From assembly GCA_965222605.1 (NCBI GenBank), contig OZ244960.1, positions 6,144,001 through 6,208,000 of the forward strand: DNA of 64,000 nucleotides. Reading direction: 5' to 3'. The notes under the pieces were generated by a model. That model was given only the letters and a program-made list of their open reading frames with translations. It did not search any database and had not been told where the DNA came from. The position numbers were made by a program, and so were the translations under genes. Position 1 is the stretch's first letter. Each line of letters starts with the position of its first letter. This DNA is from Candidatus Latescibacterota bacterium. Its GTDB lineage: Bacteria; Latescibacterota; UBA2968. Shown piece by piece: positions 57,489-64,000 of this stretch.

Positions 57489-57640
57489 TTACTCCCAACG
57501 ATAGAGCAGTTGGGCTTCTTGGCGGTCAAGCCACCTGACTTTGTAATCCCAAAGTCAATATGTTTATCGCAGCATTGAGGTCTCTGTCCGTCATATAGCC
57601 ACACGCCTTACAATGATGCACACGCTGAGAAAGTGCTTTC
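57465..57640 (-). ncRNA. Predicted TnpB omega (re)RNA: scaffold over the tnpB 3' end and right end, guide from the flank
   Basis: Established IS200/IS605 architecture; scaffold ends at TCAC (57485); guide GTTCCAATATTATACTTGTT; the 5' boundary is a guess. Confidence 0.55.
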
Positions 57641-58650
57641 TTCTCTCTATGTCCGCATGCCGAGCAATCTTGTGAGGTGTATTCAGGATTTACGGCCTTG
57701 AATCCAATACCAGCTTCTTCCGCTTTGTATTCGAGACAATGCCGAAACAGTGACCATGCTACGTCTGCTATTGATTTAGACAATCGCCTATTCTTTTGCA
57801 TCGTTTTAACTTTCAACTTCTCGACGGCTATGAAGCCGTGACGATTGACAATTTTTCTTGATTCTTGATGGGCAAAGTTATGTCGCTTATTACGGATACG
57901 CTCATGCACTCTGGCAATTACTTTACGACGCTTTTCTCTTACGGCGTCGGTCTTAGGTCTTTTTTTTACCGCGTCCCATTTGCGCTGTGCTTTTGTAAGT
58001 GATTTTTGCTCTTTTCTAAAGAATCGCTGGTTGGCTATCGTCTCGCCATCACTGGTTACAGCAAAGGAATTGAGACCCACGTCAATGCCTGTTGGCGGAC
58101 GTTGCTCGTCGCAAGATTTTGGCTCGCCCATATCACAAGAAATAGTAGCGAACCACTTGCCCGTTGCCGTACGCGTGACTGTGCAAGATTTAGGAACGCC
58201 GTCAAGTGGCCTGTGCTGGACAATCCGAATACAGCCTATTTTGCCCAATCGCAAGCCCTTATCGTCCAATCGGCATCCATTGGAAAACTGAGGGTAGGTG
58301 ATAGAATCATAGCGATTCTGACCCTTGTATCTGGGAAAGCCAGCTTTCTCGCCCGTCTTTGCTTTTTCTTTGAGGCGACGAAAGAATGCTTTGAATGCCA
58401 GATCAACTCTTGTTGATACTTGTTGCAATACTTGACTATAGACTTGCTGGAATGCAAGACGCTGTTGCTTTATCAATGGTATTGTTTTGGTCTGGTCGTG
58501 ACGAGACAGAGACTTATTTTCACTTTCCCATGCTTGCACTCTATCACAGACAAGCTGGTTATATAGCAAGCGACATTCTTCAATATGTGCCAACAAGACT
58601 TTCTCTTGCTTTTTCGTTGGGCGCAATCTGTATTTGAAGGACTTAAGCAT
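57526..58650 (-). CDS. tnpB: RNA-guided endonuclease TnpB
   Basis: KSFKYRLRPT HTH, GFPRYK, RuvC D (GIDVG), E (AVEKL), zinc ribbon CSACG/CKACG, D (DRDLNAAINI). Confidence 0.95.
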   Translation of the reverse strand: MLKSFKYRLRPTKKQEKVLLAHIEECRLLYNQLVCDRVQAWESENKSLSRHDQTKTIPLIKQQRLAFQQVYSQVLQQVSTRVDLAFKAFFRRLKEKAKTGEKAGFPRYKGQNRYDSITYPQFSNGCRLDDKGLRLGKIGCIRIVQHRPLDGVPKSCTVTRTATGKWFATISCDMGEPKSCDEQRPPTGIDVGLNSFAVTSDGETIANQRFFRKEQKSLTKAQRKWDAVKKRPKTDAVREKRRKVIARVHERIRNKRHNFAHQESRKIVNRHGFIAVEKLKVKTMQKNRRLSKSIADVAWSLFRHCLEYKAEEAGIGFKAVNPEYTSQDCSACGHREKKALSQRVHHCKACGYMTDRDLNAAINILTLGLQSQVA

Positions 58651-58656
58651 AATAAA

Positions 58657-58685
58657 AATATATACTTATGTGCAATTTTTGTCAA
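58657..58685 (-). promoter_or_regulatory. tnpB promoter, probably leaderless
   Basis: Minus strand TTGACA, 17 nt, TATATT, then only 6 nt to the ATG; no SD sequence. Confidence 0.65.
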
Positions 58686-58842
58686 GCGAAATAGAATAAA
58701 AATATGGTCAGCGTACCAAAAACGCATAGTTCGTCTTTAACGATATGGCAATGTTCATATACGCTAAAGCTAAAAAAGGAAGCCCTCATATCCCACGCCT
58801 AAAGGACGTGGGTTTTACGGGCTATTTGATAAGGGGCTGAAT

Positions 58843-59739
58843 TTGAACTATACTGTTGAACAACATCCCGACCATAACCGGCTGTACCACATCACAATTG
58901 ATGCCGATGTCGCGGCGAGATTTGTGCGCGAGGTCGAAGATTTTTCGGAACAGCGATTGATTTATGTGCCGTATCTGAGACTGATCGCTGCGGATCACTT
59001 GCAAAACATCGTCGGTGGTGATTTCTCCGAGCATATCAATGCAATCGTTAGAGACCGCGCAACCGGCGGATTTACCCTTGCTGTTGCGGGTGGGTTTGAG
59101 ACGATGGATCAGCGCGTTGCTTTTGGCACGGCTGTTTCACATGCGATCGGGGTGCCCAATTTTGACGATATGACGGGGAATTATTACGCCTGTTTTGAGG
59201 TAAAGGATACGGATAGTAGCGATTCGTATTTGCGTCAGGCATATCGACTGTTCACGCTCCATACCGATGGCACATACATCCGCGAGCGCACAGACTGGAT
59301 TTTGATGATGAAGATGGCAGAGCACGATGCGGTGGGGGGGGAGTCGCGGCTGTTGCATTTGGATGATTGGGAGGCGTTAGAGCGATTTGCCAGTCATCCG
59401 TTGGCTTCTTTGCCTCTGGTCTATCACTCGCCGCCGAGTAAGAATTATCCCGTTAGGGTTGAAAAAACGACGTTTTACGAACAAGACGGCAAAGCATGCG
59501 TGTGTTTTATCGATCAGTTTGTTTATCCCGAGACCATTGAACAGGGCCGATATCTGCGCGATCTGTCCGATTCGATGGAAGCGTCGCAGGGAGTGGTCTC
59601 TGTGCCCTTGCCACCCGATCATCTCGTGGTGCTCAACAACCATTTCTGGCTGCACGGACGCGAAGCGTTTGAGAAACATCCCAATCTCTATCGCTTGTTG
59701 ATGCGACAGAGGGGATATTTCAGGAAGGTAAACGATTAA
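58843..59739 (+). CDS. glaH: Glutarate 2-hydroxylase (CsiD/GlaH, Fe/2OG dioxygenase)
   Basis: RATGGF, SDSYLRQ, LHTDGTY, GGESRLLHLDDWE, PPSKN, FIDQF, FWLHGR, LMRQRG. Confidence 0.9.
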   Translation: MNYTVEQHPDHNRLYHITIDADVAARFVREVEDFSEQRLIYVPYLRLIAADHLQNIVGGDFSEHINAIVRDRATGGFTLAVAGGFETMDQRVAFGTAVSHAIGVPNFDDMTGNYYACFEVKDTDSSDSYLRQAYRLFTLHTDGTYIRERTDWILMMKMAEHDAVGGESRLLHLDDWEALERFASHPLASLPLVYHSPPSKNYPVRVEKTTFYEQDGKACVCFIDQFVYPETIEQGRYLRDLSDSMEASQGVVSVPLPPDHLVVLNNHFWLHGREAFEKHPNLYRLLMRQRGYFRKVND

Positions 59740-62270
59740 AATTTCGGTGATAGAAAATCTGGTAGCGGCGTATTTCGAATTGTATCCCATTCTGTGTGGA
59801 GGTCGTTGAGCCAGGAGGGGAGGGTTTGGAGGCGCGATTCGAGTTGGGCTTCGAAAAGCGATTCTGGTTCAACAGGGCTGCCGTTGGATTCGATTACCTG
59901 GAGGGTACCTTCATTAAAGGTGGCGGGGTCGCCGTGCAAGCCAACGATAATGGGCTGTACAAATCGGTCGCGCGCATCGCCCGGTCGCCAGAAATCGTAG
60001 TATCTCAGAATGCCTCGATGTTTGAAATTCCAGAGCACGTAATGCTTGAGGTGATTGGGATAATTGGCGAGGGATGCGCCGCTACCATACAGGATACCGC
60101 CATTGACGCGGTCGAGCAGGTTGGCATAAGGTTGGGCGCCATGGGAATCAATGCGTTGATTTGGACGCATGTCATAACGCCAATATACCATTCCAGTAGA
60201 GCGGCTACTCGTGCCCGGTCCATGCCAGTGGCCTGCGAGGTCTTCTGAAAGCCCGACCCATACGCCATAACCGCCATGGCTGGCAATGGATGAATGGCCC
60301 AGGTTTCCCGCCTGTGTGACGTGGTACACGGATATGGCAGAACCCAAATCGGTGTGAAGGGCGCGATTGCAATTGATAAATGATGTGCGCCGAATCCAGG
60401 AATTGACACATCGACTGAGTCGGAGCAAACTCCAGCCACCATCGTGAATGGCGTCTTTGTGGTGGACAAATTCATCCAACCATGTGCCGTGAAAACTGAT
60501 GTCTTCGACGCCGATTTCCTCGAGGTGCTGATATTCGCGCACGGTCCAGTTATACGTGTGGTTGACATCGGTGTGCAGGGGTTCATTGAGGCGAATCCGA
60601 TTGCCCTGTATTTCGGCAATGCTGTGCTTTTCGCGCACCTGGATACCATTGGTCAGCAGGGCCGTCCAGATGGATTCTGCCGAGTACGGCGCGAGAAATT
60701 CTGTGACTGCTGCGGTGCTGTTCATATAGAGCGTTATCCATTGACCAGGAACGAGTCTGGAGGCATCGGCCACTGTGATATAGAAAGTTTCTCGGGCGGC
60801 ACTTTCCGTGATGGACGTCAGGGATCTATCGCTTGTATTACGGGGGTAAAAAATGAACATATAGGGCGATGTCCACAGTTGTTCGGGATTGCGCGGCGGC
60901 ATGTAATTCACCTGGCGGATGATTGTGCCTCCGCTTCGGCTACCGCTTCCTCTGAGGATGATATTGCTGTTGCGGATGTAGATGGGCTGGTTGTTGTCGG
61001 CGTTGGTGTTCACCAGAAATTCGCCCGGAGGGAAGAAGACAATGCCGCCGTTGTTTTGCTCGGCTGCAGTAATAGCACGTACGATAGCTGCCTGGTCGGA
61101 GAGGCCATCGTTGGGGATGGCGCCATAAGCGGTGACGTCGAATACGTCGCCCTGGATATCGGGAACGGGTTTGTCAAAGTAGTGATAGCCCGAGTATGAA
61201 AAATCGGGTAAAATGGGTTCTGTGCCATTCTCTTTGGCCGCTACAAACTGTGTCCAGGTGCGTGCGGGGCCAATCTGGGGGACGTAAGATATCCAATTGC
61301 TCCGCGTCTGGATAAAATCTGCAACTTGCGCCCAAATTGGGATGGGATGTGTATCGGAGGGGTTGCGTGAGGTGAGGAGGGATTTGGGGATTGGTACGCG
61401 AATCCGGGTTGTTCCCGCCTCAATGGTCTGTGTCAACAGGGTCTGCGTTTCGGTTCCCACCGCAATGCTCAACTGTTGTGTGGTGTGGTTTTCAAATGCG
61501 ATGGGTATGTACCACTGCGTGCCGCCAGATCCGAATCCAGCGGCGAAAGTGAGAAAATCTCCAAAACCGATTTGTCCGTCAGAATCGAGATCGTACACAG
61601 GATCGTATCCCGAATCGGTCTGCGTTGTACCGAATTTCTGAGCAAAGAGAATAAAATCAGTGAAGCCAACGGCTCCGTTGCCATCAAAATCGAGATGGGT
61701 AATGGAGCTTGTTTCCTTTACTGGCGCGTCAACTTGCCATGAAAAGGTCTGATCGACGGTTGCAATATGGTCGATGAACAGGCGCGCATTTGAATTTGGA
61801 CTGGTTTCTGTTCTAAATGTGATGTATCGTTGGTTGTAATCGGGTTCTCTTCCCCAGTTATCGTATTGGGGTTTTGCCAGTTCTACAACAGTAAGTTGCC
61901 ACCCCTGGGGCGGTGTTTGTCCCCCCCAGATCGTATATACGGCTTCCATGCCGCCGACCAGGGGATAGTTGCGAACTTTGATTTTGAGGTCCCTCAGACC
62001 ATTGCCTTCTACTTTCCACCAGAAGCTCAGGCTGTGTTTTTTTGAGATGTCTTGACCAGTGCTAAAAAAATTGTAGGTAAAGAATCCCGCCTGACCTGCT
62101 GGCAGGGAAGCAGCGATGGCAAAGCGACCCTCTGGCGCGTCTTTAGATAATTGTAAGCCACTGGACCATCCGGAAAGATTGTCGCAATAGGTTAGCGTTT
62201 GCACCGGATCGCTGGCAAAGCAAGCACAGGCCCACAACAATACCATTGTGCAGGTGATGATTGATCGCAT
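59736..62270 (-). CDS. Secreted modular enzyme: CBM-like N-terminus, EF-hand/dockerin-like pair, pectate-lyase-3-like beta-helix/DUF4955 domain
   Basis: Signal peptide from ATG 62270; DFDGNGAVGFTDF..FA..FG / DLDSDGQIGFGDF..FA..FG; LPDFSYSGY, DVTAYGAIPND, FFPPGEF, YPNHL, VEPESLFEAQL. Confidence 0.8.
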   Translation of the reverse strand: MRSIITCTMVLLWACACFASDPVQTLTYCDNLSGWSSGLQLSKDAPEGRFAIAASLPAGQAGFFTYNFFSTGQDISKKHSLSFWWKVEGNGLRDLKIKVRNYPLVGGMEAVYTIWGGQTPPQGWQLTVVELAKPQYDNWGREPDYNQRYITFRTETSPNSNARLFIDHIATVDQTFSWQVDAPVKETSSITHLDFDGNGAVGFTDFILFAQKFGTTQTDSGYDPVYDLDSDGQIGFGDFLTFAAGFGSGGTQWYIPIAFENHTTQQLSIAVGTETQTLLTQTIEAGTTRIRVPIPKSLLTSRNPSDTHPIPIWAQVADFIQTRSNWISYVPQIGPARTWTQFVAAKENGTEPILPDFSYSGYHYFDKPVPDIQGDVFDVTAYGAIPNDGLSDQAAIVRAITAAEQNNGGIVFFPPGEFLVNTNADNNQPIYIRNSNIILRGSGSRSGGTIIRQVNYMPPRNPEQLWTSPYMFIFYPRNTSDRSLTSITESAARETFYITVADASRLVPGQWITLYMNSTAAVTEFLAPYSAESIWTALLTNGIQVREKHSIAEIQGNRIRLNEPLHTDVNHTYNWTVREYQHLEEIGVEDISFHGTWLDEFVHHKDAIHDGGWSLLRLSRCVNSWIRRTSFINCNRALHTDLGSAISVYHVTQAGNLGHSSIASHGGYGVWVGLSEDLAGHWHGPGTSSRSTGMVYWRYDMRPNQRIDSHGAQPYANLLDRVNGGILYGSGASLANYPNHLKHYVLWNFKHRGILRYYDFWRPGDARDRFVQPIIVGLHGDPATFNEGTLQVIESNGSPVEPESLFEAQLESRLQTLPSWLNDLHTEWDTIRNTPLPDFLSPKF

Positions 62271-62538
62271 TGTGTTTTCTCCTGAGCGGTCAATATAGGG
62301 TTGGGTAGTTCGCCTAATATACCCATTCAGCGCGTAGGGGAACAAGGTTTTTATGCCATATTGTCTGTTTGTACGGACACGCAGACAGATCGGTTGATGT
62401 CAAAATGAGGCGTTTGTGGCGATCTGACAGGTTTGGAGATGGGGTGGTACGCTGATAAAAATGGAAGGGAAAAATTTAAAAATTTTAAAGCACTTATTTA
62501 CAATAGGTTATTAAAATTTTTGAGAAAATTAAATATTG

Positions 62539-62554
62539 TGGCACGGGGGTTGCA
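62539..62554 (+). promoter_or_regulatory. sigma54 (-24/-12) promoter of hsp20
   Basis: TGGCAC-GGGGG-TTGCA, an exact consensus match, with an AT-rich tract upstream (62460-62535). Confidence 0.8.
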
Positions 62555-62610
62555 ACAGAAATAGAGCGAGACGAACAAGCAACCAACAACCAATAACAGG
62601 AGGTATTAAG

Positions 62611-63045
62611 ATGGCACTTATTCGTTGGCAACCCCGTGAGTCTTTCGCGATTCAGCGCGAAATTGACGACCTGGTGAGTAAGTTCTGGGGCGATGTAAAC
62701 ACCTGGCACGGCACGGGCTGGTACCCCCGCGTGGATGTAGTGGAATCAGATCTCGAATTTACCGTTCACGCCGAATTGCCCGGGCTGAACAAGGATGATA
62801 TCAAGGTGACGCTCGAAGACAATGTGCTCACAATTGAAGGCGAGCGGAAGCACGAAGACGAGCAGAAGGATAAACATTTCTTCCGTCGTGAACGTTCCTA
62901 CGGGACATTCAAACGCGCTTTCAAGCTCGGCACAGAAGTACAGGCCGATAAAATTGCTGCGAATTACAAGGATGGGATTTTGAGTCTGACGGTGCCCAAG
63001 TCCGAAGCAGCAAAACCGCGGCAGATCGAAGTTGCTGTGTCGTGA
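62611..63045 (+). CDS. Small heat shock protein (Hsp20/alpha-crystallin)
   Basis: AELPG, LTIEGER, ERSYG.F.R.F, A.YKDGIL...VPK, C-terminal IEV; AGGAGG RBS. Confidence 0.95.
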   Translation: MALIRWQPRESFAIQREIDDLVSKFWGDVNTWHGTGWYPRVDVVESDLEFTVHAELPGLNKDDIKVTLEDNVLTIEGERKHEDEQKDKHFFRRERSYGTFKRAFKLGTEVQADKIAANYKDGILSLTVPKSEAAKPRQIEVAVS

Positions 63046-63099
63046 GAAGTATGAAGGGAGAACACATGTAGGTCACGCATGTCGAAAGTCCGATGGACT

Positions 63100-63145
63100 A
63101 AAAAGTCCGGATAAACTTCTTCAGAAGTTCATTCGGGCTTTTTTT
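63100..63145 (+). terminator. Intrinsic (probably bidirectional) terminator after hsp20
   Basis: AAAAGTCCGGAT-AAACTTCT-TC-AGAAGTT-CATTCGGGC-TTTTTTT. Confidence 0.7.
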
Positions 63146-63364
63146 CGTATTGGCGCATCTGACTTCAGTCTCTCGCCTTTTTCCTCTTTACTCATTTTAT
63201 CCTGTGCTGTATCATTTGGAATCACAAATGAAAGCCATTTAAAGATGAATGTAGCACGCGGAATTTTTCTGCGTTCGTTGAGAGATCACTCCATGCTGCA
63301 ACAAGCATGCATTGGCTAACACTTCTTAATGTTAAGAGTTGTTAGAAAGAAAGGATCGGTATTC

Positions 63365-64000
63365 ATGGCAGAAAGAGTAAAAGTGGCTGCGTTGGGGCTG
63401 GCGCACGATCATGTGTGGTCAAATTTACGTACGCTCAAAGCGCAGGATAATGCCGTGCTGGTGGCTGGCGCAGATGGCAATGCAGAGTTGCGAGAACAAT
63501 TTGTCGAGGCAACGGGTTGTGAGTTGGTATATGATGATTTTGAAGCGTTGCTGGACAATGAGGAGCCGGAGGCGGTATTTGTGTTTACCCCGACAGCGCA
63601 TCACGCCGATGTGGTGGCGTTGTGTGCGCCGCGCGGGATTCATGTGATGGTTGAAAAACCGATGGCAGCGACCTTAGAGCAAGCAGATCGCATGTTGACG
63701 GCTGCGCGAAAGGCAGGGACGGTGTTGATGGTCAATTGGCCAACGGCGTGGAATCGCGGCATCCGCACGGCTTATCGGCTGGTGCAAGAAGGCGCAATCG
63801 GCCAGGTGTGGCAACTGCTGTGGCGCGGTGGGCATTGTGGGCCGGATGAGTTGGGATGTTCCGAACATTTTTGCGATTTCCTGTTTGATAGTCATCTCAA
63901 TGGCGCGGGTGCTTTTAACGATTACGGGGGATATGGCGCGAGTTTGTGTGTGTTGTTTTTGGGGCGGCCAAATCGCGTGGTGGGAATGGCGGGCCGGCTG
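63365..64000 (+). CDS. Gfo/Idh/MocA family oxidoreductase (partial, runs off the right edge)
   Basis: Hand-translated MAERVKVAALGLAHDHVW...GIHVMVEKPMA...NWPTAW; open to the window end. Confidence 0.85.
   Translation, partial: MAERVKVAALGLAHDHVWSNLRTLKAQDNAVLVAGADGNAELREQFVEATGCELVYDDFEALLDNEEPEAVFVFTPTAHHADVVALCAPRGIHVMVEKPMAATLEQADRMLTAARKAGTVLMVNWPTAWNRGIRTAYRLVQEGAIGQVWQLLWRGGHCGPDELGCSEHFCDFLFDSHLNGAGAFNDYGGYGASLCVLFLGRPNRVVGMAGRL

Larger units (their letters stand above)
57485..58828 (-). mobile_element. IS200/IS605-family, TnpB-only (IS1341-like) insertion sequence, about 1344 bp
   Basis: Left end CAAATAGCCCGTAAAA + hairpin CCCACG...CGTGGG preceded by TTAT; right end GAAG + hairpin CCCAAC...GTTGGG + AGTAATCAC; no tnpA. 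Confidence 0.85.

Noticed and set aside
57526-58650. Possible Cas12f or nuclease-dead TldR regulator
   Set aside because: No CRISPR array; IS ends are intact; all three RuvC catalytic residues are present; the guide matches the flank, as for an ordinary transposon TnpB.

Overview
A 64 kb bacterial chromosome segment with dense coding, mostly on the + strand. The PNPFNP/FlgD-Ig C-terminal sorting domain, the EF-hand/dockerin-like repeats and the many Gfo/Idh/MocA, enolase-superfamily, PhyH, DUF6785 and sulfatase-like genes suggest a Latescibacterota/FCB-group-like organism (inference). Housekeeping blocks are rsbW-like/hpf/hprK, aspartate kinase, anmK, a ccsA(hemX)-sirC-hemA-hemC-cobA/hemD tetrapyrrole operon, galU, mreBC, asd under a lysine riboswitch, and a sigma54-driven Hsp20. 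Accessory highlights: (1) a small defence island at about 14.3-20.6 kb with an orphan antitoxin plus toxin remnant, an orphan M.NlaIII-like methyltransferase, and a Menshen-like DUF262/ATPase-DUF3696/RelE-like trio with an extra N-terminal domain; (2) a TnpB-only IS605-family element whose ends, TAM (TTAT) and guide can be read from the sequence, and whose insertion swaps the neighbouring gene's TAA stop for TGA without changing the protein; (3) a cohesin + sorting-domain mini-scaffoldin and a dockerin-like polysaccharide-lyase-like enzyme, which together suggest a non-clostridial cellulosome-like display system. All calls come from motif recognition by eye; no searches were run.
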